The notes under the pieces were generated by a model. That model was not told the DNA's origin. It made no database searches and worked only from the letters and a program-made list of their open reading frames with translations. Below, piece after piece: positions 39,095 through 49,118 of a stretch of 64,000 nucleotides of DNA (the first letter of the stretch is position 1; every line of letters starts with the position of its first letter). The DNA is from a virus. The DNA lies in IMG/VR virus record IMGVR_UViG_3300046170_000148, positions 32,001 through 96,000 of that record; one strand, given 5' to 3'. A program made the translations under genes and the position numbers.

Positions 39095-39880
39095 CAATTT
39101 GTTTCATCAACTCTCCAACATTCTCACCAGCGTTGGGGAGTTTGTCTTTGAGGAAGAAATGAATGAAGTGACAATCCTTCAGATTATCGACTGCACTATA
39201 CAGTCCATTCCATTTACCGTCCATGTGTTTGGTTGGAATGTTGTATCTCTTGAGGAAGTAGTTCAACAACGTCTGGTCAGTAGACCACTTCCATGCACCC
39301 TGTCCATCAACAAAGTCCTTGAACTCCATACGATTGATGAAACTATGTGGGTCTTGGCCCTTGAGATATGGTTTGAAGAGTTCACTGTTCAACAGAATCA
39401 GACCCATGTTGAAGAACTCAAACCCTAGACTATTCGGTTGGAAATCCAATTTATTACTATGGAGAGGATTATATTGCATACGAGAGTAATTGATAATCTT
39501 GTCTTTATACCAATCCTGAATACTCATCTCACGTTCACACACAGCCCCAAAGGGCTTGTTCTGTTCCAAAGTCCTCAAAGATATTTGGTGCGTCTGGTCG
39601 GATATAGATGTCTGCGTCTATGATTGCAATCTGGTCATAGTCATCCAGATAATCAAACGCATTCTCTTTCTCGTAGATAGGTAGATATCCACCATATTTC
39701 ATATAGGACTCTTCACTACGATTTGTCGCAAAGATATCTGGTTTGATACGCAACTTAGGGCTGTGTCAATACAATGTGTTCAATATCATACTTCTTACAA
39801 TATTCAGATACACTTTCAATACAGTGTTTATATAGTTTTGACGGTTTGCCTACCGACACTTGGAAAATCATTCTATTCAT
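39090..39880 (-). CDS. Glycosyltransferase, GT8-like (two extra C near 39552 and 39758)
   Basis: Repaired MNRMIFQV.VG..S.LY..CI.SV..YC, YEK, IDADI, FFN.G, DQ.LLN, WN, HFF. Confidence 0.8.
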
Positions 39881-40493
39881 GACTAATCGTTGCTCCAACT
39901 TTTTTATCATACACAGGAGTTGTGTAACTCACAATCCTATTCATATCTCTGTCCATGAATTCCCACATATAATCATCAACAGCTTTATCTAATTCTATAT
40001 CTATAAGACTATAATACATGGTCTCTGCGACATCAGGTGTCATATAGTATGCGTGGGTGACAGGACAAATTCTCTGTTGCGTCCCCCAATATGGGTGACC
40101 TCTAAATCTTTCGGTGTAATTTCTGTGACTCTGTTCAGAGTCAAAATCACAGAAGGCAAAGAAATTATCTTTGATAGGCATATAATCTTCGATACACATC
40201 ACATCATGTTCAATGATTGCGATAGGTTCATCTTCTTCAAAACATTTCTTCCATAGTTCTAAATGACTATAGAACCCTGCTTTCTCTGATGAACTAAAGT
40301 CTCTAAATTTCCAAAACTTTCCGAAGTTTAGATAGTTAGGCATATTGTCAGGTGTATACGCATCAAACATATTTACCTCATGATTACTCCATGACGGTAA
40401 TACCTTATTGACATAATACTGGGACACCTCATTATCAGGAATCTGTATCATCCAAATATTATCGGAAGTCATTGAGGTCGAACTCCGTCCCAT
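39873..40493 (-). CDS. Glycosyltransferase family 25-like
   Basis: FDA.TP, E.A.FYSH..LWKKC, IIEHD, HAYY.TP, VD. Confidence 0.75.
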   Translation of the reverse strand: MGRSSTSMTSDNIWMIQIPDNEVSQYYVNKVLPSWSNHEVNMFDAYTPDNMPNYLNFGKFWKFRDFSSSEKAGFYSHLELWKKCFEEDEPIAIIEHDVMCIEDYMPIKDNFFAFCDFDSEQSHRNYTERFRGHPYWGTQQRICPVTHAYYMTPDVAETMYYSLIDIELDKAVDDYMWEFMDRDMNRIVSYTTPVYDKKVGATISHE

Positions 40494-41418
40494 ACATATG
40501 GTGAAGGTCGCGGTTGTGATTTGAGTAAACTAGAACTTCGGGGTCATCAAGAAGAAAGTCGCACCCACGGCAGTAATCAGGATAATTTCCAGTAGTATGG
40601 TCATCACGGAGTTGACTATACTCATCACCGAACCAGATTTCTTCAATTGTGTTTTCAGATGTGTGACCGAGAACCGCTTCCTCGTCTCTGCCCAAGACTT
40701 GGCAACAAGGAGCGACAGCACCTCTTTTACCATCAAGGCCACCAACACGAATAACAACGTCTGGACTAAAAGGTCGCCCACAGGTCTTTACCTCACCTTC
40801 GCGTTTATAAGACGGGTCATACACACCACTCCAGTTGTGTAGTTTCCAAATCTCTGTTTTAACGCCTAGGTCTTCGACCAATGCTTTGTATTCGTCTAGT
40901 TCATTCTGTAGATTGTCATTGTCAGTTATCAGATGATATGTCGCAACTACACACTTTGAGTCGGTCTCATCCACATACGCCTTCATCTCGCGGATGTTCT
41001 GAATAATCTGTTCGTATGTGCCACCGACTTTATTATACATCCACTCGTTGTATTTATCAGAATTCGAACCTATAAAGGAGAATCGATAGAAGTCAAGACC
41101 CGCATCAACACAATCCTTCATGTATTGACCATGCATCTTGAATCCGTTAGAGAAGATAACAGCCTGTGCGTTATACTTCTTGACAATTCTGATATAGTCA
41201 GGTAGGTTGTTGACTGCGGTTGCCTCACCACTACCATCAAGGTTTACGACTCGTAGACCATGTTTCGCACAATCTGCCACGTTCTGTTCAAACTCTTCAA
41301 GAGTCATCTTACCCTTAAATCGTTTATCACGTCCACCTGTTCGCATATCTTGAGGACACATACTACACGAGTAGTTGCACCCACCATATACTTCTATTAC
41401 TGCTCTATCAATCTTCAT
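40459..41418 (-). CDS. Radical SAM / SPASM-twitch domain protein
   Basis: CNYSCSMCP (CxxxCxxC), GSGE, C.RPF...PCC...G....IW...C..C. Confidence 0.9.
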   Translation of the reverse strand: MKIDRAVIEVYGGCNYSCSMCPQDMRTGGRDKRFKGKMTLEEFEQNVADCAKHGLRVVNLDGSGEATAVNNLPDYIRIVKKYNAQAVIFSNGFKMHGQYMKDCVDAGLDFYRFSFIGSNSDKYNEWMYNKVGGTYEQIIQNIREMKAYVDETDSKCVVATYHLITDNDNLQNELDEYKALVEDLGVKTEIWKLHNWSGVYDPSYKREGEVKTCGRPFSPDVVIRVGGLDGKRGAVAPCCQVLGRDEEAVLGHTSENTIEEIWFGDEYSQLRDDHTTGNYPDYCRGCDFLLDDPEVLVYSNHNRDLHHMYGTEFDLNDFR

Positions 41419-42256
41419 GATATTTTTTAATTTTGTGTAAATATTTTTTAGATTTTATTTTCATTTCATCCATACTTCGTTTAAAATCTTTACCGTCACT
41501 ACCAAACCAATCCATAACTTCTTTTCTTGCTTTTGTTATTAACTGAGGAAGTTTCTCTGGTGGCCATTTTCCCATATTCAGTTGTTGCGGTCTTCTTACA
41601 GCATTTGGCGTATTGTAATGTGTAACACCTTCCCATGATGGAATGAACATTGGTTTACCAAAATTTCTTGCAATATAATGCCACATCCCATCGTAACATA
41701 TTATAAAATCTGCCTCTGCTATTTGTTTAAATGCATCTTTAATAGGAGTTCTATAGGTTAACTCTACAGTATCCCAACCTTCCCAAGAAAGTAGCTTAAT
41801 TATATCATACCAATCATCATTTGTCAAGAACCTTTTCCAAGTTCTTGGTTTTTTCGTATTGTATGTTGGTGTCCATATTACTATTTTTTTCTTCTTTTTA
41901 GTAAAAGATTCGGGTTTAAATATCCAATCATTATAAAGAGGCTCTTTGTGACCAGAGTCAAATATCTGTCTTATCTTATTACTATCACTATTCATGTTTC
42001 CCTTCACAAACAAGTCGGAATTGAAGACATGAGTCAACACAACATCATCTTGTCGATGATACTGTGTGTGAATCCAATCTGTGCGTTGAACGATTGTCTC
42101 AGGGTCTTTGGGAGTCTCTAGGTGATTCTCGTCATGCGACCAGTGCATTTCGAGATTGACCTTTATTCCTTTTGACCATGTATAGTTATGACAAACATTG
42201 AGGGCATTCATGGAGTCACCAATACCCCATGTGCCTCGCCATCTAACTTTTTCCAT
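41408..42256 (-). CDS. GT-B glycosyltransferase (GT9/heptosyltransferase-like)
   Basis: GIGD, W...W..II..L, IAEADFIICYDG..H.IA..FGKP. Confidence 0.65.
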   Translation of the reverse strand: MEKVRWRGTWGIGDSMNALNVCHNYTWSKGIKVNLEMHWSHDENHLETPKDPETIVQRTDWIHTQYHRQDDVVLTHVFNSDLFVKGNMNSDSNKIRQIFDSGHKEPLYNDWIFKPESFTKKKKKIVIWTPTYNTKKPRTWKRFLTNDDWYDIIKLLSWEGWDTVELTYRTPIKDAFKQIAEADFIICYDGMWHYIARNFGKPMFIPSWEGVTHYNTPNAVRRPQQLNMGKWPPEKLPQLITKARKEVMDWFGSDGKDFKRSMDEMKIKSKKYLHKIKKYHED

Positions 42257-42588
42257 TACTTCTTAGTAAGTGCAGATGCCCCAAAGAATGCCGCAACGAT
42301 AGCAGCAACAGATACAAAATAGACCGAAGCAATCTCACCGATAATCACGGCTGCTTTATCTAAACCAAACAGACTGGTCATGAAGATACCCGCAGGGTAT
42401 AACAACATACCCAAGAGGGCAAACCATGCCATCTTGCGTTGTGCATCTGCCTTCTCATCTTCATTCTCAAATCTACGCATCTCTTCCGCTCTCGCGAGTT
42501 CTTCATCAGTCACTACACCATCTCCATCTAAATCATATTTGTCATAAATTGATTGTTCTTGTAATTGTTTGTTCTTTTTTCTAGCCAT
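42256..42588 (-). CDS. Two-TM membrane protein with an EF-hand-like loop
   Basis: DLDGDGVVTDEE; QRKMAWFAL...; VAAIVAAFFG. Confidence 0.7.
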   Translation of the reverse strand: MARKKNKQLQEQSIYDKYDLDGDGVVTDEELARAEEMRRFENEDEKADAQRKMAWFALLGMLLYPAGIFMTSLFGLDKAAVIIGEIASVYFVSVAAIVAAFFGASALTKK

Positions 42589-44019
42589 TAGAATACTCTT
42601 ACGTTATATTTCTGTTCCCATTCTATAGCGTCTTCAATAGTATTGAGCATCGGTTGATGCCGTATGTTCAATGAAGTATTTAGTAACATTGGAACTCCTG
42701 TAAGTTCGTAATACTCCTCTAATATCTGTCTAATCACGGATTCACAATCAGGTTTTACCACTTGCACCCGTGCAGTCCCATCCACATGGGTCACAGAATC
42801 ATAGTCGTGTTTTGCGATTGAAGTATATTGCATGTATTCATTCATTGGGCCATCGAAGTAATCATCCGCAAACTCAGATAGAATCGCAGGCCCGAAGGGT
42901 CTGAATTTATGTCTGCGTTTGATATCATTGACTGTATCCTTGACATCGTAACGAACATCCCCAAGCAGAGACCGATTACCCAATGCACGAGGGCCAAACT
43001 CTGCTCGACCATTTGCAACACCACACACCTTGTTCTCAGAAAGATACTTTGCAACTTCTTTCGGGTTGATATCACGGTCAATATTGTGTCCCAGATATGG
43101 AGACCATTTTAGATGTGTCCCCCCTGTGTCTCGACTCCAACTATGTGCCGCTGCACCTAGAGAAGTTCCATCATCGGCAGGCGCAATACAAATATGCATA
43201 TCATCAAACAATTCTCGTATCTTGGAATTTGCCACAACATTTTGAGCACACCCACCAGAATATACGAGTTTAGAACCGAATCTTCTCGCTGACTTCATTA
43301 TCTTCATAACTTCGTCCTCAAAGAATTGTTGCATAGTGGCGGCGCAATCTGATTTAGTTATTACACTCATTCTTTGTATAATTTTTTGAATGAATTCCTT
43401 ATGTCTGCCTGTATAGGCATTTGCAGGGTCGAAATTTGATTGCAACAAATTATATAACTTTGGTTCTACATTTCCGTATGGAGATAGTCCCATCGTAACA
43501 TATTCATCAAATAAGTTAAATCCTATTTCCTTTGTTGCAACAGTGTATAATGAACCAAGACTTCTTGGCCAATAAACTATATGAATCGGTTCAAAGTTGT
43601 GGTCTAAGATGTTTATAGAGTCGGTTTCGCCTGAACCATCAACCGATACCATTACAGTATCTTCAATACTATCCCACGGCCTTGTATAGAAGGCGGATGC
43701 GTTGTGTGATAAATGATGTCTATGATACTCATCCGCTTTAAGTTCGCTTTTTTGAAGACTAGGATAAATTTTAATATCCTTTAGCGCTTCTTTGAATAAT
43801 ATGTCCCTTGCTTTTGTGTAGGTTCTATAACTTCTATCTTCGTAGAATATAAGTCGGTCATCGTCATTCACATTTTTCCATAGTTCAGGACAGATAGTAG
43901 CTTCATGTTTAAGTTTGGTATATCTTTCAGATGCGCTTAGCAAAAGAAACACTTCCATCAGTTTCTATTATACTGATAGCAGCGTCATGATAACCTTCAG
44001 CATATCCTACATATCTCAT
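42588..44019 (-). CDS. O-carbamoyltransferase (NodU/CmcH/TobZ family); extra A near 43940
   Basis: Repaired MRYVGYAEGYHDAAI..ERY..KH; HHLSH, VDGSGE, SLG.LY, MGL.PYG, SGGCAQN, GR.EFGPRALGNRS, KRR..FRPF, THVDGTARVQ, LLNTSLN. Confidence 0.93.
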
Positions 44020-44030
44020 GTAAGTATATA

Positions 44031-44612
44031 TCAGGTTAGATATTCGTAGATATCTTTCCAGTTTTTCATCAGGGGAAACTCTTCGTTGTCCATGTTGAAC
44101 CCGTGTTCCATCAGGATACTATCGAGACCAAAGGTTGCACCACACTTGGCATTCTCAACCTTGTCCTCAATCCACACATAGTCCTTACCTTCATACTCAC
44201 CCAGTTCGACATCTTTGTCAGCCCCAGTGTCAAGGTAGATGAACTTCTCAAACGCAGTCTCACCGAACAACTTCTGAAGGTTCTGTGTCCGAAGTTTCTG
44301 TGCGTTAGGGTCTTTACTCAAACTCGTGATTGCGTGAAAGACATACCCATGTTCTTCATGAAGTTTCTTGATGTAATGCATTGCATCACGGAGAGGCGGC
44401 AGAAAACCAATCGCAGCACTTTCGTTGAACAACCGAACCATCTTCTTTGACTCAGAACGTTCAATGCCGTAGATTTCACCTACATCATATGCATCAGGGT
44501 TCTTGACTGTGTAACCCTTCTCTTGCATCCATACATCAAATGCATATCCCCAGTTGAGGACAACACCGTCAATGTCGGTTAGAACTACTTTGTGATACTT
44601 TTTCATACTCAT
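44031..44612 (-). CDS. HAD-family 5'(3')-deoxyribonucleotidase-like protein
   Basis: TDIDGV, ITS, WIEDK..N, W..IY. Confidence 0.8.
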   Translation of the reverse strand: MSMKKYHKVVLTDIDGVVLNWGYAFDVWMQEKGYTVKNPDAYDVGEIYGIERSESKKMVRLFNESAAIGFLPPLRDAMHYIKKLHEEHGYVFHAITSLSKDPNAQKLRTQNLQKLFGETAFEKFIYLDTGADKDVELGEYEGKDYVWIEDKVENAKCGATFGLDSILMEHGFNMDNEEFPLMKNWKDIYEYLT

Positions 44613-44632
44613 TCTCCATTTCTTATATTACT

Positions 44633-44661
44633 AATATACAACAGAGAACAGAGTTTGTCAA
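44633..44661 (-). promoter_or_regulatory. Sigma70-type promoter
   Basis: TTGACA-N17-TATATT. Confidence 0.7.
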
Positions 44662-45497
44662 GCGTTTTTTAGATATTTGAACTTATTATTTTCGTAGTCT
44701 TCGAGCATGACAACCTTGTTGCCTCCGCCCGTGTAGTGTAGGAAATTCATGTCATACCCACGGTCATCTGACCAGTGTGTAGGAGTATCATTCCACTTCT
44801 GGTCGATACTTTTGACTTTGAATCCGTGTTTCATCAGTTGTCCAGAGATAAACGGTTGGTCATTATTTAACCAAAATGGGTCACCGTGTTCCTCGCCATC
44901 TTTCATGTAGTCTAACCAAGAGTCGAAACACTCACGAGCTTTGAGACGTGCCTCTTTTGTCCAGACAAGAACACCCGTATTAAATGTTGTCACATTACTA
45001 GTTCTATTAGGCGGTTTAGTAGGAACGATTGGAATGTTGTTTCTCTTATATTTTTCTTTTAACTGTGTGTATACTTCTTCATTATAATCCCAAGTATTAT
45101 ATCCGCCACCCTTAGAGGTTTGGATATCAGACTCAAAGACGCCAGTCACATCTATACCATCTTCTACCACATCAAAGATATTTTCCTCTGTGTTACAGAT
45201 GATATCGGTATCTACAAACAAAACTTTATCATACTCATCATACAAAGTATCATAGACCATACGGAGACATTCGAATAATAGAACTGTTGAACCCGTATGT
45301 CCCGCAGTAAAAACCTGTTTCGTTGAGTAGTGATGTTGTGCGCCTATCTTATCTGCATAGATGCGAAACGACTCGGCGGAAAGGTCTGCGGTTTTTCGAT
45401 ACAACTCTGCGCGTGTGCCTTGAGGATATTGAGGAACTCTACCACGTTTGTTAGTTTCCTCGTTGGCTATCATATATTGGAAGATTATGTTTTTCAT
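44658..45497 (-). CDS. Glycosyltransferase, GT8-like
   Basis: YD.VLFVDTDI, NIFD, FNTGV, DQ, WN, FLHY. Confidence 0.8.
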   Translation of the reverse strand: MKNIIFQYMIANEETNKRGRVPQYPQGTRAELYRKTADLSAESFRIYADKIGAQHHYSTKQVFTAGHTGSTVLLFECLRMVYDTLYDEYDKVLFVDTDIICNTEENIFDVVEDGIDVTGVFESDIQTSKGGGYNTWDYNEEVYTQLKEKYKRNNIPIVPTKPPNRTSNVTTFNTGVLVWTKEARLKARECFDSWLDYMKDGEEHGDPFWLNNDQPFISGQLMKHGFKVKSIDQKWNDTPTHWSDDRGYDMNFLHYTGGGNKVVMLEDYENNKFKYLKNA

Positions 45498-45784
45498 ATT
45501 GCTTGTTCGGCCGGTTGTTCTACCATCGGCTCCATGCCAGGCTTCTCAGGGAATCTCTTTGAGATAATATTCTTTTGTTCACATGTGGGGTCATCAAATT
45601 CTACGATGAAGTTGAATGCTTTCGTGAAGTCATCGAGGATTTCTTTTTCCATCATGTCCAGAGTGTCAAGACACTCATCTTGAGTATCATAATATGCAAA
45701 TTGTCCTATAGGTGCGTGATGACTTTCAATCCAGAACTCCTCACCACCCATAGTGAATGCAATAATTATGACCCACTTAATCAT
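45494..45784 (-). CDS. Hypothetical protein with hydrophobic N-terminus
   Basis: MIKWVIIIAF; two Cys; coupled to the endolysin gene. Confidence 0.55.
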   Translation of the reverse strand: MIKWVIIIAFTMGGEEFWIESHHAPIGQFAYYDTQDECLDTLDMMEKEILDDFTKAFNFIVEFDDPTCEQKNIISKRFPEKPGMEPMVEQPAEQAI

Positions 45785-46242
45785 TCGATAAGTCCAGTCT
45801 TATAGACTGTCTTACCATCTTCCCTCATAGCAGTTAGAACAGATTTGCGATTACCTTCAACTTTATACGACACATGAACCCAACCACTGTCAGGAATGCC
45901 AGGCGTATAGAACTCAAGGATGAGTTGGTCAAAGTCTAGATTGTCTTCAATCCACTTTGCAACTTCGTAGTTGGATGTGCCTGGGCATTCAATATCCACT
46001 GCCTCACCCTTACAGTGTTGTGACCGTGACGAACCACCCACTGCTTCATTCAGTGCAGGGCCACGGTATCCAGAGTTGATAGTAGTGACACCGAAGTTAT
46101 CTCGAACAGGTTGAACGACCATCAGGAATAATGCCTGTGCCGCAACCAAGTGTTCTTCATTCGGTGTATTATCGATACCTTGTCGCAGAGCAGTCTGGGA
46201 CTTGGTAAATTCACTCAGGGTGAAGTTTGGTGATAGTCTCAA
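45781..46242 (-). CDS. Peptidase M15 (Zn D-Ala-D-Ala type) endolysin
   Basis: LSPNFTLSEF, INSGYR...LN.AVGG...SQH..GEAVDI, FDQLILEF, GWVHVSY; likely TTG start at 46242. Confidence 0.9.
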   Translation of the reverse strand: MRLSPNFTLSEFTKSQTALRQGIDNTPNEEHLVAAQALFLMVVQPVRDNFGVTTINSGYRGPALNEAVGGSSRSQHCKGEAVDIECPGTSNYEVAKWIEDNLDFDQLILEFYTPGIPDSGWVHVSYKVEGNRKSVLTAMREDGKTVYKTGLIE

Positions 46243-46925
46243 TTTAGTTTTCCTCTTTCGACCATTTCTTTGGTCATTATATAATCTCTTACAAAGTCTG
46301 ACCTTACAATATCTGCCCATCCGAATTCTACCGTTGTAAAGTTATTCATGACTTCCATTATGTTTAGAAAGTCTAGAACACCGTTCTTGTCAGTCTCTTT
46401 ATTTAGGTCTGATTGATAGTAGTCACCACTGAAGATAATGCGTGTGTTGCGTCCTACACGGGTGATAATACTATCCAGTTCGTGATATGTAAGGTTCTGC
46501 ATCTCATCAACCAGAATGACCGCATCGTCGATTGTCTGTCCTCTAATGAATGAGGTGGACATAAAAGAGACTGCTCCTTGTGTCTCAAGCGCATCATATG
46601 CCATCTTCTCATTGAACAGTTCGGTTGCGATTGCCCGATATGGCGCTGTATATGCGTCCACCTTCTCCTCGATTGAGCCGGGCAGATAACCCATCTCTCG
46701 TGTCGGAACAACACTCCTTACGATAACAAGTTTGTCTTGTTCATATGACTTGTCGAGAACATCAGAAAGGGCAAGATACATTCCAATGAATGTCTTACCT
46801 GTGCCAGCAGAACCAGCGAGAACCAGATGGTCTCCGTCATCCCAAGAGTCGTATGCTATCTTTTGATTTTGTGTGATTGCATCGTAGTTGAGGAGATGGT
46901 CTATCTTCAGACGTTTCATCGTCAT
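46239..46925 (-). CDS. phoH: PhoH-family ATPase
   Basis: GSAGTGKT, RSVVPTRE.GYLPG, SFIRG.T, VDEMQN, GD..QSDL, DIVRS. Confidence 0.95.
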   Translation of the reverse strand: MTMKRLKIDHLLNYDAITQNQKIAYDSWDDGDHLVLAGSAGTGKTFIGMYLALSDVLDKSYEQDKLVIVRSVVPTREMGYLPGSIEEKVDAYTAPYRAIATELFNEKMAYDALETQGAVSFMSTSFIRGQTIDDAVILVDEMQNLTYHELDSIITRVGRNTRIIFSGDYYQSDLNKETDKNGVLDFLNIMEVMNNFTTVEFGWADIVRSDFVRDYIMTKEMVERGKLN

Positions 46926-47140
46926 GTCTTGATAGTGTTCGACCTACCCGAACCCTTCTTGATATTCTTCATCAGGTCTTTCCAATCGCCCGATGTTTTA
47001 TTGATTACGTTACCTGTCGATGAGACAAAGCCGGGTGTGCCTAAAACCTGTTCCATTGGTTCTTCTGAACCGATTGGATACCACTGGTCGTTGTCAGAGT
47101 CCCAGAAGTAACCGTCTTCTTCAATGCGTTTTTTAGTCAT
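46922..47140 (-). CDS. Hypothetical protein
   Basis: 72 aa; C-terminal WKDLMKNIKKGSG..NTI. Confidence 0.6.
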   Translation of the reverse strand: MTKKRIEEDGYFWDSDNDQWYPIGSEEPMEQVLGTPGFVSSTGNVINKTSGDWKDLMKNIKKGSGRSNTIKT

Positions 47141-47150
47141 AATTAAACTT

Positions 47151-47723
47151 TTATTTTTTCCTATAATAACAAAAATAAGTTGGTTCAGTATTGTAAATCG
47201 TTCCAGCGTAATGGTGATTATATAGTTCTAAATTATTATCTTCAGCCATAGACCCAAAAATCTTTTCATTACTACCAAATGCGCTTTCTATCAGTATAAC
47301 AATACCATCATCTGTCAAATGATTTGAAACTTGATTCAAAAACTTCCTATGAATGTTCCAATTATTATCTACAACCTTTAATGGAGTGATATCCGATTTA
47401 GCGGTCTGATATATGTATGTATATGGCATATTCAAATACCAAGGCGGATTACCAACAATCAAATCATATTTACCATCAACACCATCAAAACAATCACTAA
47501 GATATGACATACTATCGGGATATTCATTTTTACAGTAATTTATAGCTTCAGGGTTGATATCTGCATATGATACTGATGAAACTATGCCTGTCTTAAATAA
47601 ACTATCGCCGATGTAACCATGACCACAGAACATCTCAAGACAATTTTTGTGGTCAGACCAATCTATGTTATCAACAAAAAATTGTTGAGATTGAAACCCA
47701 GCTCCGTCTAATTTGTTGTTCAT
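47151..47723 (-). CDS. SAM-dependent N-methyltransferase (MTS/PrmC/RsmC-like)
   Basis: LEMFCG.G.IG, DINPEA, SD.F, YDLIVGNPPW; AT-rich. Confidence 0.8.
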   Translation of the reverse strand: MNNKLDGAGFQSQQFFVDNIDWSDHKNCLEMFCGHGYIGDSLFKTGIVSSVSYADINPEAINYCKNEYPDSMSYLSDCFDGVDGKYDLIVGNPPWYLNMPYTYIYQTAKSDITPLKVVDNNWNIHRKFLNQVSNHLTDDGIVILIESAFGSNEKIFGSMAEDNNLELYNHHYAGTIYNTEPTYFCYYRKK

Positions 47724-47779
47724 TACAAGTAACGTTGAGGGCGACCAGCACCCCCAACGAGATACTTGACCACCTACCT

Positions 47780-47947
47780 TTATGCTAGAATTGAACTTTC
47801 GTATTCAGAAATAGTCTGATTGAGAAAACTTTGTTTCTTTGATAACTTGTGAGCGAGGTTGTCGCGTCCCTTTTTCTTGAGACGGTGTATATAGTTATCA
47901 AGTTCTCGGCTGTCGTTTTTCAATCTCTCTATTTGTGTTCTTGGCAT
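47780..47947 (-). CDS. Small basic hypothetical protein
   Basis: MPRTQIERLKNDSRELDNYIHRLKKKGRDNLAHKLSKKQSFLNQTISEYESSILA*; AGGAG SD. Confidence 0.65.
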   Translation of the reverse strand: MPRTQIERLKNDSRELDNYIHRLKKKGRDNLAHKLSKKQSFLNQTISEYESSILA

Positions 47948-47989
47948 AATTGCTCCTTGTTCTAGAGTTGAAATAAAACATAACGAAAG

Positions 47990-48410
47990 TTAGGATAATA
48001 GGTTCGGGAACGCCTCCTCTACTATCTTCTTAGTCAAACCTTTTACTGGTGCTTTCTTAGCGACCATATTGAGAACGATGATTGCATCTTCAGCGTGGAT
48101 ACTTTCCAATAACTGAATGAACATTGTCTCACGTCTCATGTTTGTAATCTTTTCCGATTGAGGTAAACCCTTTACAAAGTAACCAAAGTTGCGATGTTCC
48201 TTACGCAGGGTCGAGGGAACACTCTCTGGTCTGTTTGGATTGTAGGGTGGTTTACCTTCGGGTAAACTGAATTCCAGAGTCTTGTCATACGCGCCGCGAC
48301 AGACATCTCGAATGGCAGGGATATTGTTTGCTTTTAAGCAATTTAATTTTATCGGCTCTGGTAGTTTGTTGCCCAAACTGTTCCAGAATTTCGAATACTT
48401 CTAATTCCAT
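47990..48410 (-). CDS. Conserved T4-like hypothetical protein (DUF6433-like); extra A near 48333
   Basis: Repaired MELEVFEILE...KI.LL; F.LPEG.PPY, RRE.MFIQLLE.IH..DA, V.EAFP.L. Confidence 0.7.
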
Positions 48411-48425
48411 TAGAATCCTCTTATA

Positions 48426-48662
48426 TTATATAGGGTTTTCAATCTCTTCATGGTGCGATTTATGCACATAATTCATAAAATATTCACGCACACCAGACGA
48501 ACTATAAGAGAAGCCTGGAATGGTATGAATACTTATATAGTCATCATTTACCACCCGAAAGATTTCAAACCAGTTCTTGTCAAATCCATCTCCGTCAGGA
48601 TAGTCGGAGCGGGTTAAAATGAAGTCGCCTATTCGGGCGACTTCGGTGTCAAAAGGTTTCAT
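48426..48662 (-). CDS. Hypothetical protein
   Basis: 78 aa ORF in early cluster. Confidence 0.55.
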   Translation of the reverse strand: MKPFDTEVARIGDFILTRSDYPDGDGFDKNWFEIFRVVNDDYISIHTIPGFSYSSSGVREYFMNYVHKSHHEEIENPI

Positions 48663-49087
48663 GCTGCAATGGCCTCCTCGCCGTTGTAGATGTAACCTTT
48701 GTCAAACTTGCCTACATTGACGTTCACATAGTATGCAATGTCAAAGTAGTCAGTCATGATGTCGGTCTTGTTATACCACTCACCACGACTCGTTTCACCT
48801 TTCATGGCGGTAACCAATTCGTTCAGAAAGTCAGCAGTCACTCCGCTATAGAACTTGTCAATGTGATATGTGTTGACTTGACTGTGATGACGACCATCAG
48901 TGGCAGTGTAAAAGATATCATTGCCACGAACATCTACACCTTCGAAGTTCAAAGGGCCTTCTTTCAAGGTTACAACCAAAGAACTGTGGTGATTGATGCT
49001 GATAGAACCTTTCATACCATACTTCTTGAGAACTGCCTTAATGCCAGGCGCTAACTCTTTTTTCATCTCTTGTGATACATAAGCCAT
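48659..49087 (-). CDS. Hypothetical phage protein (LPD29-like)
   Basis: MAYVSQE.KK..AP.IK.VLKKY, SSL.V, D.MTDYFD..YY. Confidence 0.65.
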   Translation of the reverse strand: MAYVSQEMKKELAPGIKAVLKKYGMKGSISINHHSSLVVTLKEGPLNFEGVDVRGNDIFYTATDGRHHSQVNTYHIDKFYSGVTADFLNELVTAMKGETSRGEWYNKTDIMTDYFDIAYYVNVNVGKFDKGYIYNGEEAIAA

Positions 49088-49118
49088 AGTTTGTTTCCTC
49101 TCTCTTAACTATACTATT

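Noticed and set aside
46239-46925. phoH as evidence for a cyanophage
   Set aside because: phoH is widespread in marine phages of heterotrophs; no photosynthesis genes in this window, so the host stays undetermined
47726-47768. Hairpin as an intrinsic terminator
   Set aside because: No clean U-tract on either strand; reported instead as a possible translation-initiation structure
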